From Macrostomum lignano (lineage: Eukaryota): 64,000 nucleotides of DNA. Position 1 is the first letter of the stretch; every line of letters begins with the position of its first letter. A model generated the notes under the pieces. It was not told where the DNA came from. It did no database searches and saw only the letters and a list, made by a program, of their open reading frames with translations. The stretch covers positions 124,001 to 188,000 of the forward strand of contig NIVC01001581.1 in assembly GCA_002269645.1 (NCBI GenBank), given 5' to 3'. Positions 46,435-64,000 of the stretch are shown piece by piece. The position numbers and the translations under genes were made by a program.

Positions 46435-47290
46435 TGTAGATCTGCATCTCTAGTCATAGAAGATCTACTCTCAAATTCATAGATCTTGTCTCAAGTTCAT
46501 AGTAGATCTACTCTCCGATTCATTGTAGATCTAGTCTCCAATTCATTGTATATCTAGTCTCCAATTCATTGTAGATCTAGTCTCCAATTCATTGTAGATC
46601 TAGTCTCCAATTCATTGTATATCTAGTCTCCAATTCATTGTATATCTAGTCTCCAATTCATTGTATATCTAGTCTCCAATTCAGAGATCCACTTTCCAAT
46701 TGGTAGTTGATCTACTCTCCAACTCATTGTAGATCTATTCTCCAATTCATATTAGATCTACTCTCCAATTCGTAGTAGATCTATTCTCAATCCATAGTAG
46801 ATCTATTCTCCAATTGATTGTAGATCTATTCTCCAATTCATTTTAAATCTACTCTCCAATTCATTGTTAATCTAGTCTCCAATCCATGGATCTAGTCCCC
46901 AATTCATAGTAGATCTCTCCCATTCATTGATCTACTCCAATTCATAGTAGATCTCTCCCATTCATTGATCTACTCCAATTCATTGTAGATCTCTCCAATT
47001 CATAGTAGATCTAGTCTCCGATTCATTTTAGATCTAGTCTCCAATTCATATATCTACTCCCCAATTCATTGTAGCTCTAGTCTCCAATTCATATATCTAC
47101 TTTCCAATTGGTAGTTGATCTACTCTCCAACTCATTGTAGATCTATTCTCCAATTCATAGTAGATCTACTCTCCAATTAATAGATCTAGTCTGTAACTCG
47201 TAGATCTGCATATAAACTGTGACAAGTCTTGTGTTCCATTCCAAAATCTAGTCCCGGCCCTTCTTCGATGAGATCTACAATACGATCTAT
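46435..47290. repeat. Degenerate 23-bp minisatellite (tcattgtagatctagtctccaat)
   Basis: Direct inspection. Confidence 0.85.
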
Positions 47291-47378
47291 CATAGGTGCA
47301 GGTCAAGATTAGGTACTGACCTTGGTTGCAGTCCCTATTCAATCGCAACCATCCCAAACACCAGCTGTCACTAATTAG

Positions 47379-54745
<7,367 letters not shown>

Positions 54746-55095
54746 CTGACATATTTCTCTCTTAAAAAAGCGTATTCTTCTTGATCAAATTTGTCTATGG
54801 CCAAACCCCCATTCAGAGCGCTCTATGCCTTCTCTTGAACCAAGGAGTTCTATAATTAGCAATCTCATGGAGCACTGAATGTCTATGGCACTGTCTGACT
54901 CTGTCTATGCTAGTCTGGCCTCATGAGGTAAAACTGAAAAACTCGTTTCCACTCCAGGTGATAATTTTAGTACTCCTTGTCTAGAACGGACGAAATGCAC
55001 CACTAGCGATGCGACAAATATAAGTTGCTTACCGGAATCCTGCATTTCTAAGAAAACCGAGTGTAGCAAGCGTCTTCTACTAGAGGGTGGAGGGG

Positions 55096-55569
55096 TTCAC
55101 AAACGCGAAATTCCATAACTTTTAAAAGCACTTGTTTTCAAAACGCGAAGCTTCACAAACGCGAAACTCCACAAACCCGAAATTTCACAAATGCGAAACT
55201 TTAACAATCCCGAAACTTCACAACCCTGTTACTTTACAATCCCGAAACTTCACAAACCCGAAACTTCACAAACCCGAAACTTCACAAACCCGAAACTTCA
55301 CAAACCCGAAACTTCACAAGCCCGAAACTTCACAAACCCGAAACTTCACAAACCCGAAACTTTACAAACCCGAAACTTCACAAACCCGAAACTTTACAAA
55401 CCCGAAACTTCACAAACCCGAAACTTCACAAACCCGAAACTTCACAAACCCGAAACTTCACAAACCCAAAACTTCACAAACCCGAAACTTCACAAACGTG
55501 ACACTTCACGAACCCGAAACTTCAGAATAGCTACAATTGTGAAGTTTCACGAAACTTTGCGGTTGTGAA
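55096..55569. repeat. 16-bp tandem repeat (cacaaacccgaaactt) bounded by imperfect inverted ends; possible MITE
   Basis: About 20 units; the left end ttcacaaacgcgaa resembles the reverse complement of the right end tttgcggttgtgaa. Confidence 0.8.
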
Positions 55570-56217
55570 AGAAGATTAAATTTTACTTTTGTGAAAACAA
55601 CTATAATCCGTCAGATACAAATGTAGAGCTCTTGAACCACCCTTGTGCGAAACATCAACTTCAGATACTTTTTAACAACCTAATGTTGCTGATACTAAAT
55701 TTATCAATTTACAAACATCAATCAAAGATGTTTTTACATCTTTGAAGATCAGTAGACTGGTGATTTTCTTTGAGTGCTGATGTATTTGACATCCCGAAAT
55801 TTCTGTCATAGTCAGTTACCATCTCAAGTTGCACACCATTTAATGCATTGCCGTTAACTTTCTATATTTACATGTATACATGCAGAAATTATTTTTACAA
55901 TACTCAAAGTAGTCTGAACGCTCGTGACTAGAATATTACCAGTGGTCTTTTAAAATATCAGCTAATTTAAACATCGTATTTATCTGATAGCAAATAAATG
56001 CAAAAAGGTATCTTTTTTCAAACGGTTTAATTTTTCACACAGACGTACAAAGTTCCGACACGAATAGGCCATAAAATCAAGCAAAAAAGTAGAATGCAGC
56101 AGAATGAAATTTTCAACATCATTTCCACCATCTTTTCTCACTGAAAAAAACAATATGGAGACGATTTCTTCGAAGGTGACTTGCTGGCTAAAACAAAAAG
56201 TCACCGCGACTCAAAGA

Positions 56218-59200
56218 TCAGATTTGGGTCGATTCGACTTCACTTCCAAGTTTGGCGTCCGCTGTTACACCCTGACTGCTGCTGTCATTGTCCTGCTGCA
56301 GGTCAGAGTTGGCGCTGAAAAATAAGTATGCTATTTCTAGCAGTTCGAACAGAGTGAGCACGCACATGCCGAGCCAGAGACCGCACACGCCACCGATCTG
56401 ATTGGGGGAGAAGAATTGAGTTCGATTGAGCTGCTGACGTGCCAGCCCTCATTGGAGCAGAATGGATTGCTAATCTATAGCCATATCTGCTGGATGAAGG
56501 AACAGAATGGATTGCTAATCTATAGCCATATCTGCTGGGTGAAGGAACAGAATGGATTGCTAATCTATAGCCATATCTGCTGGGTGAAGGAATAGAATGG
56601 ATTGCTAATCTATAGCCATATTTGCTGGGTGAAGGAATAGAATGGATTGCTAATCTATAGCCATATCTGCTGGGTGAAGGAACAGAATGGATTGCTAATC
56701 TATAGCCATATCTGCTGGGTGAAGGAACAGAATGGATTGCTAATCTATAGCCATATCTGCTGGATGAAGGAACAGAATGGATTGCTAATCTATAGCCATA
56801 TCTGCTGGGTGAAGGAACAGAATGGATTGCTAATCTATAGCCATATCTGCTGGGTGAAGGAATAGAATGGATTGCTAATCTATAGCCATATCTGCTGGAT
56901 GAAGGAACAGAATGGATTGCTAATCTGTAGCCATATCTGCTGGGTGAAGGAACAGAATGGATTGCTAATCTATAGCCATATCTGCTGGGTGAAGGAACAG
57001 AATGGATTGCTAATCTATAGCCATATCTGCTGGATGAAGGAACAGAATGGATTGCTAATCTATAGCCATATCTGCTGGATGAAGGAACAGAATGGATTGC
57101 TAATCTGTAGCCATATCTGCTGGGTGAAGGTACAGAATGGATTGCTAATCTATAGCCATATCTGCTGGGTGAAGGAACAGAATGGATTGCTAATCTATAG
57201 CCATATCTGCTGGATGAAGGAACAGAATGGATTGCTAATCTATAGCCATATCTGCTGGGTGAAGGAACAGAATGGATTGCTAATCTATAGCCATATCTGC
57301 TGGGTGAAGGAACAGAATGGATTGCTAATCTATAGCCATATCTGCTGGGTGAAGGAATAGAATGAATTGCTAATCTATAGCCATATCTGCTGGGTGAAGG
57401 AACAGAATGGATTGCTAATCTATAGCCATATCTGCTGGAAGAAGGAACAGAATGGATTGCTAATCTGTAGCCGTATCTGCTGGATGAAGGAACAGAATGG
57501 ATTGCTAAAGTATATCCCATATTCATAAAAAATATAAAATTTGAAACTCGCCTCAGATAGGGCCTCGGGATAGAGAAAGCTGGGGTGCTCCTGTATAAGC
57601 TTGGACTTTGTCTTCATTAACCTGATGTTTAGTCTCAGCAGGTTCGATGTTAGCCTTGTGTTATTAACCAGTCTCCAGCTGCTCCGGCTGAATTTCCCTG
57701 CACCATGAAAAAGCTGCTGGAGTGTCGCTGTCTGTCTGCTGACGATTTTGTCTTTTCCAACGAGCCGGACAATGTCTGGATCAGAAAAGTTCAAAATAGA
57801 GTGGTGCTCGCCGTCACCTGGCAGCAGGTCTGTGCGCTCGTACAGCGTCTCCAACACGTATTTGTTAACTACGCTAGGTAGGTCCTCAGTTTTCGGCCAC
57901 TCATACACGTTGTTGAAGAAGTCTAACTTAGCTGACCTGCACGGCTCGAACTTCGAGTACTTTCTCAACAGTTGATACGTGTCCTTGTCGACTTCCGCTA
58001 CCACTCTGTCGTGACAGTTGATCCGTTGCATGACCTCCTTCGTGGGGGTTCGCTTCACCGAATCCGGCACGTGATAGCACAAGGTCTCCATGCCGGATTC
58101 GAATGGATACTTGTGCGAGTAGCAGCCGCACTGACTCATCAGTTCTTCCTGCTTTTTCTGAATCACCTGCTCGTCCTGCTGTTTATCGTAGCTGCGATAT
58201 TCGAGTTTGCCCCGATTGTCAAAGTTTGTGACGTAGCGGACCTGCTCGAAGGGCTTCTTGATGCAATCCGATACGCCGAGTCTTTGCTGACGAATGACAA
58301 ACATCTGGCCGATGTTAACCGCAGCAGACACGCCCGCCTCGAACTCGAGACTATCCAGGCCTGAAAGTGCGGAGCGTGTTGTGCACTCTATAAAGAGTTG
58401 CTATGCTACTATCGAGAGTGTACATGTCTGGCCGATTGGAATGTCGGCTGAATGAAGAACTGAATGAAGAATATACTCGTACAAGACATCTAGTAAAGTC
58501 TACGATTAGCCACTTGGTTGAAAATATCCCAACTTATCAACGCACGCAGACTTCAATAGATCGCGTGCCCCATCGCAGGCTATTGTAAACAATTTGTCAG
58601 CCTAAAAACTATTATTCACTCATCCAAGCGTTGGTTTAAAGCTACTTGGACTTACTTGTTGGACATTGGCTGTGTCAAGAACCTCAATAGCCACAGACTT
58701 TATGCATGCTCTGATTAAAGCACTGCTTGTGTGTCTCTTCCCACCAAAATTTCAAAAAGTCTTTTTTATTTGAAAATAGAAATGCAATCCCACCGAAAGC
58801 CGAACTAAACTTATCAAGCGAAACTTACTCATCATCGGGTGAGTTCCGGAGTCGTGCAATATCACTCGAAAGCCATTGGACTGGGTGATTATTGGCTCAG
58901 CGATTTGGTTAAGCGATCGCCAATGCGTATTTAGAAAAAAGTCTAGCGAATTCCAATCGGACATGTTCTCTGAGCCGTGAATCTTAACATCGCGACCGTA
59001 AAACTGAACAATGGTGCCTTCGAAAACAGGATGATAGAAGCTGGTGTCAGTGAACAGATCGAGTTTCAGGCCTTCGGTGCCAACCGCGACATCCCCACTG
59101 GGAGAGAAGCTGTAGCAATACCAACCATCGGGATCCCGGATCAGGCTGAAATTCCTGTGATCACACTTTTGACCCTCGTAGCTACAAGAAAGCAACGCCG

Positions 59201-59714
59201 AATCGATAAACATGCCGAGGTCTCTGAAGTCCTCCGAGGCCCAGACGATCTTCATGAACTTTTCGAAGATAACAGACAGCCGATGTTTGTAAGCGATGTT
59301 GCTTTCGTTTGGTTTCTGCATTCGCTCTTCTTTGAACCAGTTGTTGAAATAGGACCACTTTGTATCGAAGTACCTGTCCAAAACCTTGTCGTAGTGGATC
59401 AGCAGCGACTCACTGAATGGCTTCACCCTGCACAGCGTGATATCCGGGAACTCGGCTGGGACGGCCTCGTCCTGGATCTGAACAAAGGTGTCCATAGCGC
59501 TGTACCGCTTAATAGACATGACCGTGTGGTACACACCCGCAGTGGTGGCAGCTAGCAAGACAATAAGCCAAAACGCCCGTCGCGTCATATCCTTAGATTG
59601 GAACAGGTGGTACAGACCGTGCAGAGACGAGTTCTTGCCGTAGATTTCCAGCACGAAATACGCTGTGCGAGCTCCGCGCCTCACCTTGGAGGCCCCTGAG
59701 GACTTGCGGGTCAT
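56218..59714 (-). CDS. DEG/ENaC (ASIC/FaNaC superfamily) cation channel, 3 exons (59714-58829, 58360-57552, 56397-56218), ~624 aa
   Basis: HG motif SSLHGL, TM1 RRAFWLIVLL, FPDITLC, CSYEGQKC...CYSF, GFRVILHD..HP, Cys-rich CGC..YP domain, TM2 LSE|IGGVCGLWLGMCVLTLFELLE. Intron 1 is GT-AG phase 1; intron 2 needs a GC donor. The TM2 exon is not in the ORF track. Confidence 0.92.
56458..57510. repeat. 45-bp minisatellite x ~23 filling DEG/ENaC intron 2
   Basis: Unit gaaggaacagaatggattgctaatctatagccatatctgctgggt. Confidence 0.95.
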
Positions 59715-60157
59715 GGCTGTAGATAATGAATGAGGCAATTAACAGAGGTTCCGTTAGGCTTCGACGGCACAATACAGATTAAGGAAAAAGGGCTGCGCAC
59801 TAGTACGTATGCCATAAGTGCAAACTCTGCCTTGCTTACTGGATTGATATGGGGATGCATTCAAATCACACGAAAGATGTACCACAGACAGTTTTGTTCA
59901 ATAATTATTTGTCTGATAGCTGATATAATATGATAATGACTGACTGTTTAGAAAATAATAGTACATTGCTATGCACTTTTGTTGACAATAACACGCGCGT
60001 GGGATGCGTGTTAATGTCATTTTGGAAATTAACACGCAACGGCAATTCAAACAATAACAAAGGGTAAATTTTAATTTTTTATGTTAGAAAAACATCAAAA
60101 ACTGTTCAACAAAGAAATCGTATGTTAATCAGTTAATACCAGGCCTACACAGAAACG

Positions 60158-60908
60158 TCACTCAAAAAGAATATCGATCAGATTGCGACTGCCGCCAATG
60201 GTCACTTCCATCTTCTTTGACGGAGCAGCCTGCACACGTAGTGCGCCGTCGGTCTGGACAGGCTCTTGATAAACATCCGCACATTCCTCCATCGTAGCCT
60301 CGCTTATTGTGATTGGATTTTGGACGAGCAATCTTAACAATCTCATTGACATTAGTTTCAGAAACTTTATGATTCAGCGCCTGATCCACAGCCAGAGATG
60401 CCCTACAAACTGCGATCACGTCGCCTCTCGATAAGTAGCGCTTAACAGTTCGCTCACACTTTCGCCCAGTGATGAGCAAGATCTCCTGGATAGTCTGGCC
60501 ACAGGCATCCAGGTGGCACGCTCTAGTTACTCTGCAGTTTAAGAAAATTTGGCAACTGATTTGTCTAGATTCAAATGTGTTCACAGAGACACATGAATAT
60601 GGTGGGCAAAAGTACAGGTCAAACTACCTATCATATGCAGCGGTCGGTGTACACCTTAGTAAGGCCGCCTGCTTTCGCACTGACGTTCTTCATAAACTCA
60701 AGAAGATAGCGAAAGCAGCTTTTCTCGGAGAATCTATAGCGGTTCGCTGCATCTCGACTGTCTAATGACCTTGGGCATGATCGAATGACGCGCAAATCAA
60801 GTCGAACTCGCCGGATGTTACTCCTGAAATCTCACCATTCGGCATAGCTCCGTAGTTAAATAGAGGAGGCAGAATTTCTGCCACTGTAGTTGGCTCTGCG
60901 TCAGCCAT
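60158..60908 (-). CDS. Candidate small multi-exon gene of unknown function (3' exon structure unresolved)
   Basis: ATG at 60908, MADAEPTTVAEILPPLFNYGAMPN, donor G|gtgaga (60836), 74-nt intron, acceptor cattag|AC giving DSRDAANRYRFSEKSCFRYLLEFMKNV. There are downstream open frames with an acceptor ctgcag|, but I could not fix the phases. Confidence 0.35.
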
Positions 60909-61326
60909 TTCGATTTTGTTTGCGTAAATGAAAGATGCAAGCAATCAAATCTGCTGTCTTTCTACTCAGCTCTCTTAAACCTTCTGTCTCCCTCTTTATG
61001 GGATCAAAAAACTACAGTGCATGTTAATGTCGATGTGGGCCATAGACTAAAATTTATTTAAATTTCATTGTAGAAAGTGGGGGCTTCGCCCCCACACCCC
61101 CATTCTCACTCTCCCCCCATCCTCGACTCCTTCCGGCGCCAACTAATGCCATAGACGAAAGCGCATAGCAATGTTTCTACTGCACTATTTTTGAGTGTTA
61201 ATGTCATTACCACGCTCGCGCGAAATAGTGCAGAAGAAAATATCATTAATACCCATGCTTTAAGGGCGCTAATGGGAAAATCGCTTCGCTCGCATTTTTT
61301 TCTATGCCACTTACTGGCTCATCGTC

Positions 61327-61769
61327 CCCTCTGATTTTCCCATTAACGCCCCTAAAGCATGGGTATTACTTTTATTGTGGCATAGACATTTCTGTCCTTG
61401 ACAAAGTGGGACAAATTAGCGGGCAGTTAATGACATTAACCTGTCACCCTGACCCTGGACGAAATAAACGCTAATTTTCATTAAAGTAAGTTTGACATAG
61501 ACAATCGGGCGTTAAATGTCATTGTACCATGTCCTTTGTGCCCGCTGGGCACTTATTCTTGCCTTTTAATGCCATAAACTACATTAAAGCCCGCTTGCAG
61601 AAGTCACTTTTACTTTAATGCAAATTAGCGGGCAGTTAATGACATTTAACGCCCGATTGTCTATTTCCAACTTACTCTCATTTATCCCACTTTGTCAAGG
61701 ACACAAATGTCTATGGCACAATGATAGTAATACCCATTCTTTAAGGGCGTTAATGGGAAAATCAGAGGG
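61327..61769. mobile_element. Foldback/MITE-like element with ~90-bp TIRs and internal inverted repeats
   Basis: 61327-61416 is the reverse complement of 61680-61769; there is an inner perfect 27-bp IR atagacaatcgggcgttaaatgtcatt. Confidence 0.7.
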
Positions 61770-61864
61770 CGCCGTTAATGTACTATTGCATTGCCCGCTA
61801 ATTTGCATTAAAGTGGTACTGCAAGCTTTCAATTTAATCATAGATACGGAAATCCGGCTTGCGA

Positions 61865-62640
61865 GACTGAAAATTTTCTGCCTATGCTCGACACTCGCTG
61901 GCATAGCGGATTTCAATTTAATCCTGGGGGCATCAATTTGATCATTCTATGCATTTAATGCACATTTTTACTGTTAGTGAAACCTGTTTTTAACTTGTTT
62001 TTACATCATATGATCCTCGGAGAGACTATGACGGCAGTCAGGTACCAGAATTTCATCAATGATCTGGTGCAAAGCGTGACCAGTCGTGGTGTACCTGATG
62101 GCGAGGAGTCTGCGTGATCATGGATGACGCCCGTTTTCATCATGGAGTGACAATCCCAGATCAATTTCAGCCCGCTTGGCGCCTGGTGACATTGCCTCCA
62201 TACTCGCCATTCCTCAATCCTGTGGAGAACGCGCACGCCCTGCCTGAGGTCAGCCATCAAAAGCCAGCTGGCTCGACCAAAACTGCAAGAAGAGCTGGAC
62301 ACTCCGCCTGCTGGTCATTCGCTACGAGAGTGGCGAATCCTTGTCCTACAGAGGGTTGCAGAGGACGCAACCCGTGAAGTGACCGTTGCAAAATGCGGAG
62401 GCTGGTACCGGCAGATGCTGAGGTTTATTCCAGCCTGACTCGACGACGTCCGACGCTAAAGCTTTTATTTGTTTATTGTATAGTTCTGTTTTAGATTTTC
62501 TCAATGATAAGTAAACGACTTGTGTTATGGCACTGGATATCTAACGTTATATGATTAAAATGACCAAATTGATGCCCCCAGGATTAAATTGAAATCCGCT
62601 ATGCCAGCGAGTGTCGAGCATAGAGAGAAAATTTTCAGTC
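61865..62640 (+). mobile_element. Internally deleted Tc1/IS630-like (DDE_3) DNA transposon with ~85-bp TIRs
   Basis: TIR gactgaaaattttct..ctatgctcgacactcgctggcatagcggatttcaatttaatcctgggggcatcaattt at both ends. Frameshifted transposase C-half: YQNFINDL..., IMDDARFHH...LPPYSPFLNPVE, ...CGGWYRQMLRFIP. Confidence 0.88.
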
Positions 62641-63067
62641 GATATCAGAGAAATAAATTTAACTTTTCTTATTTGCTAGTTAAAAAAATTGGTGCTAAAA
62701 ATGTGATTCGGTGACTTATAGCTCGTATTAATGGCGGAGTTGTAAAAGAGCCTTTACGGTTGTGAGAGATTTAATTTAGACTGCTGAGAACAGCAGACAA
62801 ACAACAATTTTTATCGGAAAAACTCCCGCATAGCCCATAGAAGAAATGGCAGCAAAAAAAACGTCTGTACACCATAGGGTGGTGGGAGAGGACGGTGAGG
62901 GGCAGTGGCTGACTGAAGAAAGCAAAACAAGCCAGAAACCGGTCATATCAAGGGCTTTCACACAGTTACGAATCGTTCGTTACAGCAACGGGCCACAGCA
63001 AATTGTGCGCAGCAACCCAGACAACCTCATTTTCTAGCCAAAAAATAAGAATAAAAGCTTCTTATAT

Positions 63068-63645
<578 letters not shown>

Positions 63646-63717
63646 CAACAAAATTGAAATGCAGATGATTGCACAAAAATGGAACAATTAAGAATACTTA
63701 TGCTATTTCCCAGGAGA

Positions 63718-63929
63718 ATGTTACAACACCCAGTGTCCAGAGGTTTTCGATGCATCAACCGGCACAAGACATTCGTGCTACCTGCAATCTGTCTTCTGAT
63801 ATTTGGGCTGTACATTTGCATGCACATGCGCCACTTAATGATTGACATAGAAGACGATTCATCAAGTTTTTCTGAGCTGCGGTACCTCGATGATTCTCAG
63901 ATGACCGCTGCGGTAAAGGAGATGACAAG
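63718..63929 (+). CDS. First coding exon of a probable type II membrane protein (glycosyltransferase-like topology), continues beyond the window
   Basis: Acceptor tttcccag| at 63713, ATG at 63718, short basic tail, hydrophobic FVLPAICLLIFGLYICM, acidic stem, donor CAAG|gtaaaa at 63929. Family inferred from topology only. Confidence 0.45.
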
Positions 63930-64000
63930 GTAAAACGTGTTAATAGCCATTTAGTGACGTGATAAAACAGAAGACTTTAGCAAACGCGTAAAGGGAAGCA

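Noticed and set aside
56303-57526. 407-aa repeat ORF (RLAIHSVPSPSRYGY)n
   Set aside because: It is the 45-bp intronic array; the real exon nearby (TM2) is in another frame.
62776-63037. Short ORFs on both strands
   Set aside because: No recognisable motif or convincing splice framework.

Overview
Animal genomic DNA, not prokaryotic. It has spliceosomal GT-AG introns, GC-rich exons with poly-Q/poly-A linkers, and minisatellites in most introns. The style resembles a free-living flatworm such as Macrostomum (inference only). Genes reconstructed by hand from splice sites and frames: a partial NHL-repeat gene (-, runs off the left edge), intronless PINX1 (-), an intronless BAIAP3/Munc13-4-like C2-MUN-C2 gene (-), a 4-exon otopetrin (+), a stand-alone NHL-like beta-propeller (-), a 7-exon cytosolic seryl-tRNA synthetase (+), a 9-exon ~1000-aa protein I cannot assign (-), a 3-exon DEG/ENaC channel (-), a weak small gene candidate (-), and the first coding exon of a probable type II membrane protein (+). 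Mobile DNA: a Gypsy integrase/PPT relic, two head-to-tail non-autonomous Helitrons, two tRNA-type SINEs, MITE/foldback elements, a 5'-truncated non-LTR retrotransposon with a perfect 14-bp TSD, and an internally deleted Tc1/IS630-like element. About 20 tandem arrays account for most long ORFs in the supplied track, and those ORFs are artefacts. I found no CRISPR array, tRNA gene or rRNA gene, and no clearly new multi-gene system. Best leads: (1) two CpG-free zones enriched in TAGGCCTA, one in SARS1 intron 1 and one upstream of the BAIAP3-like gene; (2) a possible trans-spliced BAIAP3-PINX1 operon; (3) a DEG/ENaC channel with a GC-AG intron and G-M-C in place of the G-x-S filter; (4) a microsatellite one repeat unit away from fusing two reading frames in the orphan gene; (5) the tandem Helitron junction. 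All coordinates were counted by eye and small offsets are possible.
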